DNA of 64,000 nucleotides, from assembly GCA_965214705.1 (NCBI GenBank), contig OZ243972.1, forward strand, positions 1,376,001 to 1,440,000. Direction: 5' to 3'. Both the position numbers and the translations under genes were made by a program. Every line of letters begins with the position of its first letter. Position 1 is the first letter of the stretch. Positions 1 through 9,795 of this stretch are shown here, piece after piece. The stretch is from Alphaproteobacteria bacterium (lineage in GTDB: Bacteria > Pseudomonadota > Alphaproteobacteria > UBA828). A model generated the notes under the pieces. It saw only the letters and a list, made by a program, of their open reading frames with translations, searched no databases and was not told where the DNA came from.

Positions 1-1662
1 ATCCAGAAGCTCGGTGCGCTGCCCCCGGTGCAGTCGGCGCTCGACCAGATCGTTCACCGGTTCGGCCACGACGCGGTGGCCGAGATCACCGGGCGTTCGC
101 GCCGGGTGCTCAGGATCGAGGACGCCAGGGGCGAGCGCCTCGCACTCCGCTCGCGGCCCGCCTCCGCCAACCTCGCCGAGACCGCCGCCTTCATGGACGG
201 GAGCAAGAGAATCCTGGTGTTCTCGATGGCGGGCGGCATCGGGCGCAGCTACCACGCCGATCTCGGTTGCCCCAACACCGAGCGCCGCATTCACTATCTA
301 CTGGAGCCCGGCTGGCGGGCCGACCAGGCGATCCAGGGGCTGGGCCGGACCCACCGCACGCACCAGGCGTCCGCGCCGCTCTTCCGCCCCGTCGCCACCG
401 ACGTGAAGGGCGAGCGGAGGTTCATCGCCACCATCGCGCGGAGGCTGGACAGCCTGGGCGCCATCACGCGGGGGCAGCGGGATTCGCAGACCGCCATGGG
501 CGGCGGCGACACCGCGCTCTTCAGGGCGAGCGACAACCTGGAGAGCCTCTACGCCAAGTCCGCGCTCAGGCAGTTCTACATCGCGCTCTGGCGCGGCAAC
601 ATCACGGGCTGGTCGCTCGCGGACTTCCAGGAGGCCACCGGGCTCAAGCTGGTCTACGAGGGCAACCTCAAGGAGGACCTGCCGCCCATGCCGCAGTTCC
701 TCAACCGGCTGCTGGCGCTCCCCATCGACGAGCAGAACCAACTTTTTGGGGCTCTGGAGACGCGGATCGAGGCCAACATCGAGATCGCCGTCGAGGCCGG
801 CACCTTCGAGCGCGGCGTCGAGACCATCGTTGCCGACTCGCTCTCCGTCGCCTCCCGCGAGACCGTGTTCACGCACGAGGGCTCAGGCGCCGAGACCGAG
901 ATCGTCGAGATCGCGCGCAAGGACCGGCTGGAACCGCTCGGTGCCGATGCGGCGATCGAGCTCCACGCGGCCACCTCCAGCAAGCCGCCGCTCCTCATCG
1001 TCAACGGCCAGTCGAAGCGGGCGGCGCTGGTCATGGACGCGCCGTCGCGCACGCTCGACGACGGCGACGTGCAGGAGCGTGTGCGCCTGGTGCGTCCCGC
1101 CATCCGCGAGACCGTCGCCCGCAATGCTCTGGAAGCCTCGCAGTGGCGCGCCGCCGACGAGGACCGCTGGCGCGCCCTCTGGGACGCGGAGATCGCGGGC
1201 CTGCCGTCGAACAGGGAGTCCCGGTTCTGGCTTGTCGCGGGCCTGCTGCTGCCCATCTGGGACCGGCTGCCCGACGAGAGCATGCGGGTCCGCCGCCTGC
1301 TCTGCGACGACGGGGAGCACCTGATCGGCCGCGTGCTCGGCCCCGCCGAGCTCGGCGACTTCCGCGCCGCGCTCGGTCTCGACGGCGGCCCCGGCCTCAC
1401 CGCCGCCGAGGTCCACGACGAGATCATGGTGCGGGGCGCGTCCTTCCCCCTCGCCAACGGCTGGAGGCTCGCGCGCCGCCGCCTCATGGGGGCGATGCGC
1501 ATCGAGGTCGAGGGACCCGCCGACGGCGATACCGACGCGCTCAAGCGCATGGGCTGCATCGCCGAGATCGTCTCATGGCGCACCCGCCTGTTCGCGCCCG
1601 ACCGCGCAACGCTGGAGCGCATCGTCGAACGCTGGCCCGTCGCGGCGCCGGAGGCGTCCTGA
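1..1662 (+). CDS. Strawberry-notch-like helicase, C-terminal part (5' truncated by the window)
   Basis: Frame open from base 1; motifs SMAGGIGRSYHAD and HYLLEPGWRADQAIQGLGRTHRTHQ typical of the strawberry-notch C-terminal helicase domain in alphaproteobacterial ICEs. Confidence 0.85.
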   Translation: MQKLGALPPVQSALDQIVHRFGHDAVAEITGRSRRVLRIEDARGERLALRSRPASANLAETAAFMDGSKRILVFSMAGGIGRSYHADLGCPNTERRIHYLLEPGWRADQAIQGLGRTHRTHQASAPLFRPVATDVKGERRFIATIARRLDSLGAITRGQRDSQTAMGGGDTALFRASDNLESLYAKSALRQFYIALWRGNITGWSLADFQEATGLKLVYEGNLKEDLPPMPQFLNRLLALPIDEQNQLFGALETRIEANIEIAVEAGTFERGVETIVADSLSVASRETVFTHEGSGAETEIVEIARKDRLEPLGADAAIELHAATSSKPPLLIVNGQSKRAALVMDAPSRTLDDGDVQERVRLVRPAIRETVARNALEASQWRAADEDRWRALWDAEIAGLPSNRESRFWLVAGLLLPIWDRLPDESMRVRRLLCDDGEHLIGRVLGPAELGDFRAALGLDGGPGLTAAEVHDEIMVRGASFPLANGWRLARRRLMGAMRIEVEGPADGDTDALKRMGCIAEIVSWRTRLFAPDRATLERIVERWPVAAPEAS

Positions 1663-1755
1663 CCGTCCGCTTCCGGCGTCGATCCCACCGTCGGCGCACC
1701 TTGCCGCCCGCCTCCGCGCGGGCGGCTCCGCCCCACCGCAACGAGGACTCCTTCC

Positions 1756-2016
1756 ATGGCCACGCACGAACTACCCGATGAGCCGGTCTTCGCCTTCGCG
1801 CCGGCCTACGAGCTGCCCGACCAGCCGCAGCAGATCCGTATCGTCTTCGAGGGGATGGACGGCTACATACCCACCGCGCTCGTTGCGCTCTCGCTCGCCG
1901 ATGCGGAGACGCTTTGCGACAAGCTTAACCACCGCCTCGGGCTCGACCGAGAGGCGTGGAGCCAGCTTGTCGCGCGCTCCATGGCCGCCGGCCGGCGGGA
2001 TGCCCCACTTCACTGA
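1756..2016 (+). CDS. Small hypothetical protein
   Basis: 86 aa, GAGGA RBS upstream, protein-like composition. Confidence 0.65.
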   Translation: MATHELPDEPVFAFAPAYELPDQPQQIRIVFEGMDGYIPTALVALSLADAETLCDKLNHRLGLDREAWSQLVARSMAAGRRDAPLH

Positions 2017-2124
2017 GATCCGCACCGCCACCCGTCACCCCGATGCACGCACGAGCGCCACGGTCGCCCCGCCCGTGCGATAAAGCGCATCGTTCGATTC
2101 GACCTCACCGCTGCAGGGATCGCC

Positions 2125-2886
2125 ATGACCCGACACCGCGCCCGCACCGCCGCAGCGATCGCGCTCGCCATCGCGGCCGTCCTCGCCGCCGGCCACGGCC
2201 ACGCCGCCGCCGAAACCTGGAACGGCCTCGCCGTCGCGCCCGAGCACCGCTGCGCGCCCTACGACCGGGGCGACTACCCCTATCCGCAGTCGGTCGAGGC
2301 CGAGATCGTCGCGTCCATGGGGAGCAGGATCTACGGTCCCTATACCGGGCGGCATTTTCGGAGTGCGCGCGAGACCGACATCGACCACGTGGTCGCGCTC
2401 TCGGAAGCGCACGACAGCGGCTTGTGCACCGCCGGCCCCACCGCCCGGCGCCGCTTCGCGTCCGACCTCCTCAACCTCACCCTCGCAGCTCCCGAGGTGA
2501 ACCGCTGCGGCGCCGGCGGCAAGTGTGGCTATGACGCCGCCGGGTGGCAGCCGCCGATGAACCGGTGCTGGTTCGCCGCGCGCATCGTCGCGGTCAAGCG
2601 CAAGTACCGCCTGACCGTCGATCGCCGCGAGGCCGCCGCGCTTGAGCGAATCCTCGCAGGCTGTGGCTCCACCACGATGATCCTGACCGCGCCGGGCGGG
2701 TCCACCGCCACGCCGCGCGAGCCGGCCGCCACCGCCTCCGACGCCCTGTGCCTCTACGACGACAATCGGAACGGCCGAATTACCTGCAAGGAGGCGCGGC
2801 GCCACGGAATTGCTCCCGTGCCGCGCGGCCACCCGGCCTACCAGTTCATGCGGGATGGGGACGGCGACGGGGTGGTCTGCGAGTAG
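2125..2886 (+). CDS. Secreted HNH-type nuclease (DUF1524-like) with C-terminal Excalibur Ca-binding domain
   Basis: N-terminal signal peptide; DIDHVV...NL...N HNH-like motif; C-terminal RDGDGDGVVCE Excalibur motif. Confidence 0.8.
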   Translation: MTRHRARTAAAIALAIAAVLAAGHGHAAAETWNGLAVAPEHRCAPYDRGDYPYPQSVEAEIVASMGSRIYGPYTGRHFRSARETDIDHVVALSEAHDSGLCTAGPTARRRFASDLLNLTLAAPEVNRCGAGGKCGYDAAGWQPPMNRCWFAARIVAVKRKYRLTVDRREAAALERILAGCGSTTMILTAPGGSTATPREPAATASDALCLYDDNRNGRITCKEARRHGIAPVPRGHPAYQFMRDGDGDGVVCE

Positions 2887-2904
2887 TCCCAGCCCGTCCG
2901 GGCT

Positions 2905-3348
2905 TCAGACGTCCAGCCCTCGGTGCCGGCGGCGGCGCGCGCACATCAGCCACGCCGGCAGGCTCGCCGCCGCCGCAACCGTCGCCACGGCAAGCGGCCC
3001 GAATCCCTCCAGCGCCAGCGTTCCCGCCACCGCCCCCGGCCCCAGCACGGCGAAAGCCGTGCAGGCAGCCCGCGTCCGGCCCCGCCGCCACAGCATCATG
3101 CACGCCAGCGCCAGCGGCACGCCTCCCGCCGCGAGCGCCGCCATGTGAGGCCACACGTCGGCATTTGCCGCCAGCACCATGCCTCCGGTCAGCGTCACTC
3201 CGAGGTGGAATCCGGCCGGCAGCCAGAGAACGCAGGCCGCGGCCGCGCCGATCCCCCGAAGCGGAAGCCGGACGCGCCGCCTGCCGCGCCTCCCGTCGAG
3301 GTTCCGCGGCGGGTAGCGAACCAGCGTGAGCGTGACCGGATCGGTCAT
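2905..3348 (-). CDS. Small membrane protein (about 4 TM)
   Basis: Hydrophobic stretches; start MTDPV with GGAGAG upstream. Confidence 0.55.
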   Translation of the reverse strand: MTDPVTLTLVRYPPRNLDGRRGRRRVRLPLRGIGAAAACVLWLPAGFHLGVTLTGGMVLAANADVWPHMAALAAGGVPLALACMMLWRRGRTRAACTAFAVLGPGAVAGTLALEGFGPLAVATVAAAASLPAWLMCARRRRHRGLDV

Positions 3349-3572
3349 TCCAACGACTCTCTCCTTCCCGGCCGGCCGCCGGCTGACCCCCATGTAGTGA
3401 GGCGGACGCCGGGCCGCACTGCCGCAACCGCCGCGCTCCCCCGTTCCCTCCCCATCCGTTGCGATTCCGCCACATGGCCGCCCCGCACAGCCTCGATTCC
3501 GACACCCACGCACCAGCAGGAGAGGTGGAGAGGGGCCTGGTTCGGGCGAGCCATCTCAGGGAGGAGAGCACC

Positions 3573-4121
3573 ATGACACAGCTCGTCTATGCCGGCATCG
3601 GATCGCGCGCCACGCCGCCGCCCGTCCTCGAAGCGATGACCACCATGGCCGCCTGGCTCGCACGCCGCGGCTGGCACCTTCACTCCGGCGGGGCGGCCGG
3701 CGCCGACACGGCATTCGCGGCGGGAGCCCCTCCCGGGCACCGCACCGTGTTCCTGCCGTGGCCCGGATACCGCGGCTGCGGGGGACCCGACTGCCGCACC
3801 CTGCCGCCCGAGCGCATGCGCACCGGCCTCGCCATCGCCGCCGATCTGCATCCCGCCTGGTACCGCTGCTCGCCGGCCGCCCGGACTTTGCATGCCCGCA
3901 ACACCGCGATCCTGCTGGGCGAGCAGGCCGACACGCCGGTCCATGCCGTGGTCGCGTGGACCTCCCAGGGCCGGATTGCCGGCGGCACCGGCCAGGGCAT
4001 CCGCATCGCGCGCCGCTACGGCATTCCCGTGCTGAACCTGGGCTCCATACACCCGCGCGCGGCGTGCGAGCGGCTGGAGGAGATCCGCGCCGCCGCATCC
4101 CCGGTCGCCCCGTCTGGGTGA
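3573..4121 (+). CDS. SLOG/DprA-like nucleotide-binding Rossmannoid protein
   Basis: YAGIGSR, SGGAAGAD, HARN and GGTGQGI motifs; strong GGAGGAG RBS. Confidence 0.75.
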   Translation: MTQLVYAGIGSRATPPPVLEAMTTMAAWLARRGWHLHSGGAAGADTAFAAGAPPGHRTVFLPWPGYRGCGGPDCRTLPPERMRTGLAIAADLHPAWYRCSPAARTLHARNTAILLGEQADTPVHAVVAWTSQGRIAGGTGQGIRIARRYGIPVLNLGSIHPRAACERLEEIRAAASPVAPSG

Positions 4122-4211
4122 CGGCGGACCCTTGCCGCCGCGGCGGACGATGAGCCCTGGACCGCGAGGCGGAGGGGAGCACCGTCCGGGCGAGTCCGAA
4201 GGGAGGAGAGA

Positions 4212-4541
4212 ATGCCGAACATCGCGAACATGAGGGACCGGCCGGATCTGGTCCGGCTGCTGAACGGACGCACCCGGCACGGCGGCATCGTCCGCATCGA
4301 CCGCCGCACGCGGTGGGGAAATCCGTTCCGGATCCCGCAGCACGGATCCCGCACCCAGGTCATCGAGCTCTACCGCCGCCATCTCTGGCAGCGCATCCGC
4401 GCCGGCGAGATCGCGCTTGAGCATCTGGCGGATCTCCACGCCAAGACCGTTTTTCTCTGCCACTGCCATCCGCTGCCCTGCCACGGGGACGTGCTGGCGC
4501 GGGCGGCCGCATGGGCCGCGGCCCGACTCGGGAGGACCTGA
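4212..4541 (+). CDS. DUF4326 family protein
   Basis: IDRRTRWGNPF ... CHCHPLPCHGDVL signature. Confidence 0.85.
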   Translation: MPNIANMRDRPDLVRLLNGRTRHGGIVRIDRRTRWGNPFRIPQHGSRTQVIELYRRHLWQRIRAGEIALEHLADLHAKTVFLCHCHPLPCHGDVLARAAAWAAARLGRT

Positions 4542-4543
4542 GC

Positions 4544-5104
4544 ATGACCGTCTTCGACCACGGCGCCGCGCTTGTGCCCAACCTCGTTACCGCGGCCGAG
4601 GAAGAGCGCATCCTGCTGCGCATCGCCCAGGCGCCCTGGCTCACCGACCTCAGCCGCCGCGTTCAGCACTACGGCTTCAAATACAACTATCGCGGGCCCG
4701 CCAACGGACGCCACGACCCGGCGCCCGCATTTCCACGCTGGGCCGAGGTCGTCGGGGCCAGACTCGCGCCCTACTTCGACGGGGCCATGCCCGAGCAGTG
4801 CATCGTCAACGAGTACCGGCCCGGCCAGGGGATCGGCATGCACGCCGACCATGCGTCCTTCGGCGACGTGGTGGTCTCGCTGTCCTTGGGCGACGCCTGG
4901 ACCATGAACTTCCGGTCCCGCTCGGCCCGCCCCTACGTCCGCGACGGGCTGGCGTCCGACGAGGTCGCGCTGCTTCCCCGACGCTCCGCCCTCGTCCTGC
5001 GCGGCGACGCGCGCCACCGCCACATGCACGGCATCGACCGCGCCGCCAACGCGCACCGGGCCGCCACGCGAATCTCCGCGACCTTCAGGACGACCTCGTC
5101 GTGA
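4544..5104 (+). CDS. AlkB-family 2OG-Fe(II) dioxygenase
   Basis: RRVQHYG, VNEYRPGQGIGMHAD (HxD), distal HGI and RISATFR motifs. Confidence 0.9.
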   Translation: MTVFDHGAALVPNLVTAAEEERILLRIAQAPWLTDLSRRVQHYGFKYNYRGPANGRHDPAPAFPRWAEVVGARLAPYFDGAMPEQCIVNEYRPGQGIGMHADHASFGDVVVSLSLGDAWTMNFRSRSARPYVRDGLASDEVALLPRRSALVLRGDARHRHMHGIDRAANAHRAATRISATFRTTSS

Positions 5105-5286
5105 TCTCCACCGACGCTGCCGTCCGTGCCGGCAGCAAGGTCATAGGCTACCCGGCAGCCATCGGGGCGGACGGCGAAGGAGAGGTTGAGGAGAGCTTTG
5201 AGAGGGGTGAACGGGGAGGGGACCGAGAGGGTTCCCGACCCGTTCGTCAACCATCGTCATAAACCAGGAAGCATAGGAGACGAATC

Positions 5287-5745
5287 ATGGCTTTCGGATT
5301 GAACCTGGCCCAAGTGATCGGGCGGCTGGGCGACGACGTCAGCGTCAACCACCTGGCCTCCGGCGGGCGCGTTGCCAACATGAGCATCGCGACCGACGAA
5401 AGCTACATCGACCGGCAGACCGGCGAGCGGGTGGACCGGACGGAGTGGCACCGCTGCGTCAGCTTCCAGAACGGTCTGGTCGACATGCTCGAGAAGCACG
5501 CGAAGAAGGGCCGCCTGGTCTACGTCGCGGGCAAGCTCCAGACCCGGCGCTGGCGCAAGGACGGCGAGGACTCCGACCGGTTCTCGACCGAGATCCTGCT
5601 GGTCCCCGGCGGGCGCATCCAATTCTTGGACAAGCCGGCCGGCACCAACGGCAACGCCGCCCCGGCGTCCAACGGTGAGGCGGCCCCGACCGCCGCGTCC
5701 GGCACCGTGGATCCGTCCGAGGAGTCAGACCCTATCCCCTTCTAG
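5287..5745 (+). CDS. ssb: Single-stranded DNA-binding protein (element-borne)
   Basis: TEWHR, KGRLVYVAGKLQTRRW, acidic C-terminal DPIPF tip. Confidence 0.95.
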   Translation: MAFGLNLAQVIGRLGDDVSVNHLASGGRVANMSIATDESYIDRQTGERVDRTEWHRCVSFQNGLVDMLEKHAKKGRLVYVAGKLQTRRWRKDGEDSDRFSTEILLVPGGRIQFLDKPAGTNGNAAPASNGEAAPTAASGTVDPSEESDPIPF

Positions 5746-5768
5746 CGGGTCCTCCCTCCCGCTGACCT

Positions 5769-5813
5769 GGGCCGGTGCCGCGTCCCTCCCGCGCGGCATC
5801 GGCCCTTCTTCTT
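5769..5813 (+). terminator. Intrinsic terminator-like hairpin after ssb
   Basis: GGGCCGGTGCCGCG...CGCGGCATCGGCCC stem followed by TTCTTCTT. Confidence 0.6.
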
Positions 5814-6014
5814 GCAGCCCGTCCAGAGCCGCCCCCGCCCGGACGGCACGGCTCGCGCTTCGCGCATCGCCCGCCGTCCCGGCGCCGGCGGGAGCCGGAG
5901 AGGGGCCGAGACCGGGCGTCCCCCCGGCAGCCGCGAGCGAGGATCTCCCATGCCCCCCAGAATTATCCGTCGTCCCGGCTTCGCCAGTGCCGTCATGCGC
6001 GCCGGAGGCGCGCC

Positions 6015-7028
6015 ATGAACGCCACCGCCGTCGCCGCCGCCCTCGGCGCGTGCGCCGAGGAGGTCTGCCGCCGCTACCTCCCCCACGGCCGCAAGCACGG
6101 CCGCTACTGGACCGCCGGCGACGTTCGCGGCGCCCGGGGGCGCTCGCTCTTCGTCCGCCTCGCGCCGCCCGGCGTCCCCGGCAAGTGGACCGACGCCGCG
6201 ACCGGCGAGCACGGGGATCTGCTCGATCTCATCCGCATCGCCTCCGGCGCGGGCTCGCTCCGCGCCGCCCTCGCCGAGGCTCGCGCCTTCCTCTCGCTGC
6301 CTCCCGCTCCCGTAGCCGGCGGCTCCGACTCCTACGACCGGACGGAAGCGGCGCGCCGCCTGTGGCAGCGCTGCCGCGCCATCGACGGCACCCATGCCGA
6401 GGCCTATCTGCGCGCCAGGGCGATCCACCGCTGCCGCTTCCCGGCGCTCCGCTTCCATCCCGCACTCTTCTACCGCGACCGCGGCGGCATGCGCCGCCTG
6501 CCGGCGCTCGTCGCCGCCGTCACCGGCGCCGCGGGGGAACACCCCGGTCACGGCGCCATCACCGGCGTCCACCGCACCTGGCTCGATCCCTCGCGCCCGG
6601 CCAAGGCGCCGGTGGCGCGCCCGCGCAAGGCGCTCGGCCGCGTCCACGGCCTCGCCGTGCGCTTCGGCGCGCCGGCCGCCGGCACGCTGCTGGTGGGCGA
6701 GGGCATCGAAACGGTGCTGTCGCTGGTCACCGCGATGCCGGACACCGTCGCCGCCGCCGCGCTCTCGGCCGGCAGCCTCGGCGCGTTCGCGCCTCCCGCC
6801 GGCCTCTCGCGGCTCGTCATCGCCCGCGACAACGACCCGGACGGCGGACGGGCGGCGGAACGCCTCGCCCGGCGCTGCGCGCGGGCGGGCGTCGCCGCCC
6901 ATGTCCTCGTTCCCGAAGGCGCGGACTTCAACGACGACCTGCTCGCGCTCGGCTCCGCTGCGCTACGCGCGCGCCTCGCGCCGCTTTCCCGCTTCGCGGG
7001 AGAGAGAGGAGAGCAGGAGTCGGTGTGA
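6015..7028 (+). CDS. Toprim-domain primase-like protein of ICEs
   Basis: GKWTDAATGEHGDLLDLI N-terminus, HRTWL, Toprim GEGIET ... ARDND ... DFND. Confidence 0.85.
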   Translation: MNATAVAAALGACAEEVCRRYLPHGRKHGRYWTAGDVRGARGRSLFVRLAPPGVPGKWTDAATGEHGDLLDLIRIASGAGSLRAALAEARAFLSLPPAPVAGGSDSYDRTEAARRLWQRCRAIDGTHAEAYLRARAIHRCRFPALRFHPALFYRDRGGMRRLPALVAAVTGAAGEHPGHGAITGVHRTWLDPSRPAKAPVARPRKALGRVHGLAVRFGAPAAGTLLVGEGIETVLSLVTAMPDTVAAAALSAGSLGAFAPPAGLSRLVIARDNDPDGGRAAERLARRCARAGVAAHVLVPEGADFNDDLLALGSAALRARLAPLSRFAGERGEQESV

Positions 7029-7040
7029 ACAAGGGGCGGG

Positions 7041-7322
7041 ATGGAGAGAGAGAACCCGCCCGCCAGGCACGAAGGGAGCACCCGGATGGGACGCTATCGC
7101 ACCGACCTCACGTTCGAGCTCGCCACGCCCGACGAGGTGCGCATCTACCGCGACGGCGCGTACATCGGCGACATCTACAAGGACGAGGACGTCCTCAACC
7201 CCGGCCGGCACCACTACCTGATCCACCTCTCCGAAGACTGGCGCGGCTGGAAGAGGGTGACCGACCGCCGGGAGCTCCGCGTCGCCGCGGAGCACTGGGT
7301 CGACACCCACCCGTTGCTATGA
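7041..7322 (+). CDS. Small hypothetical protein
   Basis: 93 aa (alternative start 7086), aromatic-rich beta-type sequence. Confidence 0.55.
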   Translation: MERENPPARHEGSTRMGRYRTDLTFELATPDEVRIYRDGAYIGDIYKDEDVLNPGRHHYLIHLSEDWRGWKRVTDRRELRVAAEHWVDTHPLL

Positions 7323-7939
7323 GTCCGCCAAACCGCCTTGCGGCGGTCGCGGCCAGGGCCGCGAAGCGGCTGCCGCCGCTTGGGTGGAGGGGAGGGACTG
7401 CTCCCCGTCGTGAAGTCCGATCGTGTCACACGTGCTCGCTTCAGCAACCCTGCGGGTCCTCCGGTCGCTCCGCTCCCTGCGGCCTGGCCCAAGAAACTCT
7501 AGGGCGGGCCGTGAAAGTCGCCGACCGTGAAGATCGCTTACCTCCAATCACCAACCGCCTCGCGTGGGGCACGCCGGCCCCTGAAGCGCGGGGCCGGCGT
7601 GTCGGGCCGGCGCTGGCTAACCGCCCGGCGTCCGCTCCCCGGCGCCCAACGCCTCGCGTGAAGGCGCGGCCTCGCGATCGTCCCGCAGGCCCGTTCCTGG
7701 ACGGGCGCCGGAGAGCGGACGCCTCGAAGGCCTACTCGAAACGCGGCCAGTCCCCACGGATGCGCGCCGGCCCTCCCCAAGCGGCACGAACGCGATCTTC
7801 CGCACCAAGATCGGCGACTTTCCGCACCAACTCCCGCCCAAGAGCTTCTAGGGCCAGGTGCTGCCGCTGCGCGCGCGTGCCCCGAAAGGACATCACGACG
7901 GGGCACAGGGTCCCGGAGGATACACAGAAGGAAATCGTC

Positions 7940-8860
7940 ATGACCGACACTCACATCGACACCCAGACCGCATCGCCCACCGCCGCCGTCTGCGAGAGCC
8001 TCGCGCTTTACGGCGGAAGCCCGGAGCGCGGCGAGTTCGACAGCCGCGACGTCTGGGACCGCGACGACGCCCTGGATGCGCTGTCCGAAGCGATCCGCGT
8101 GATCGTGGACGGCGTCACCGTCGAGGGGACGCAGATGGCCGACGAGCGCGAGCCGCTGCTGTGGGGCTTCGTGAACACGCTGCACAGCCAGGTCGCCCGC
8201 CTCGACCGCGCCGTCGACCGCATCGTCCCCGAGCTGCGCGACCTCGAACGCGCACAGGACGGCACCGAGGTGAAGGCCTGGGAGCTGGAGACCCTGACCG
8301 ACCGGGCGCGGAACCTCGGCGACCGCAGGGACGCGTTCGAGACCATGCGCGACACCGCCGCCGAAGCCTACCGCGTCCACACCGGAGAGGTCTGGCGCCC
8401 GCGTCACGGCTCGCACGCCAGCCAGACCGGCCAGCTCACCTCGGCCGCCATCGACGCCCGCGACTTCCGGCGCGCGCGGAAGGACCGCGAGACGCAGGCG
8501 CACCTGCCCGACGGCACGCTCGTCGCCATCACGGGCGGGAAGAACGTCGCCGACGCGGACGCGGTCTGGACCACGCTCGACCGCACGCGCGAGAAGCACG
8601 GCGACATGGTGCTCTTGCACGGCGGCGGCCCCGGCATCGAGAAGATCGCGGCGAGCTGGGCGGACGCGCGCGGCGTCGACCAGGTGGTCTGCCGCCCGGA
8701 CTGGACCGTGCACGGCAAGGCCGCGCCGTTCAGGCGGAACGACGAGCTGCTGAACCTGCTGCCGAAGGGCGTCATCGCGTTCCCCGGCTCAGGCATCACC
8801 GGGAACCTGGTCGACAAGGCCCGGCAGCTCGGAATCCCGGTCCACCACGTCGGCGCCTGA
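7940..8860 (+). CDS. DUF2493 (YspA/SLOG-like) domain protein
   Basis: VAITGG, LLHGG, AAPFRRND, FPGSGITGNL motifs; AAGGA RBS. Confidence 0.85.
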   Translation: MTDTHIDTQTASPTAAVCESLALYGGSPERGEFDSRDVWDRDDALDALSEAIRVIVDGVTVEGTQMADEREPLLWGFVNTLHSQVARLDRAVDRIVPELRDLERAQDGTEVKAWELETLTDRARNLGDRRDAFETMRDTAAEAYRVHTGEVWRPRHGSHASQTGQLTSAAIDARDFRRARKDRETQAHLPDGTLVAITGGKNVADADAVWTTLDRTREKHGDMVLLHGGGPGIEKIAASWADARGVDQVVCRPDWTVHGKAAPFRRNDELLNLLPKGVIAFPGSGITGNLVDKARQLGIPVHHVGA

Positions 8861-8884
8861 GGTCGGCGCGCCTGCCACTCGCAA

Positions 8885-8926
8885 GGGCCGGTCCTTCGCT
8901 GCCGCGAGGGATCGGCCCCCTTTTTT
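8885..8926 (+). terminator. Intrinsic terminator
   Basis: GGGCCGGTCCTTCGC...GCGAGGGATCGGCCC hairpin followed by T6. Confidence 0.7.
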
Positions 8927-9795
8927 GCGCCGTGCCCGGTGCCGCGCATCGCGGCGCGGCGCTTCGCGCCGGCGCCGCTCGCGCTCCCGGCGCCGCCATC
9001 CCGCCTCGCTCCGCCCGACCGGGCTTCGCCTCCGGCTCGGCGCTGACGCGCCGTCGCCGGACGCTCACTGCTGCTTCCTTCCAGCTACGGCTCCTCCATC
9101 CTCAGCGCGTCGGCTCGCCGTCCTGCGGACGGCTTGTCGCCGCCGCGCTTCGCGTGCCGCCACCGGCCGCTTCCTCGAGCCTCGCTCTTTCCGTCATCGC
9201 ATCCGACGCCGCCAACAAGCGACCGCTTGCCTTCCTGTTCGGCGAGCCTTCGATCCCTACAGCCTCTCAGTCGTCTCCGTCCATGGTCGATGACGGCCCG
9301 GTATCGCCCGGTTTTCAGGTCAGATGGTAAGGGCGCCCGCCCGGTCCTTCGGACCGGTCGCCGGGCTCTGTTCCGCCGGGCGCGGCTCCGCCCCGCCCGG
9401 CTCCACAAGCCCGCTGCGCGGTCTTCGCCGTTCCGGTGACGATCCCTGCCGCCTTCGCTCCCTTCGGTCGCTGCGCGCTTCGCTTGCAGAACAAGGCGGC
9501 ACGGTCCCGTCTTTCCGCCGCCACGGCTCGGTCGCTCCGCTCCCATCGCCGGCGGCTCTCCCGACCTCAGGGACTCGCGCTTCGCGGCGCTTCGCTTCGC
9601 TCCGCCCTCGCTTGCGCCCGCCTCGCCGCCTTTCGGCGCCTCGCGGTCCCCCACGGCGTCGCAACGTGCCCGGCGCTGTCGCGCCGTCACCGCTGCTCGC
9701 CCTCTCTCCACATCGGCTACGCCGAACATCGACCACGGCTCATCGCTCTTCGAGCGATATCGCCCTCTCGCGCCCGGCGCTTCGCGCCTGCGCGC

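Noticed and set aside
5675-8860. 1061-aa ORF in the six-frame track
   Set aside because: The N-terminal ~755 aa are Arg/Pro-rich shadow overlapping the Toprim gene; only 7940-8860 is protein-like and has an RBS
8930-9790. Possible CRISPR array or iterons in the repetitive tract
   Set aside because: No fixed-length repeat-spacer periodicity and no cas or rep genes
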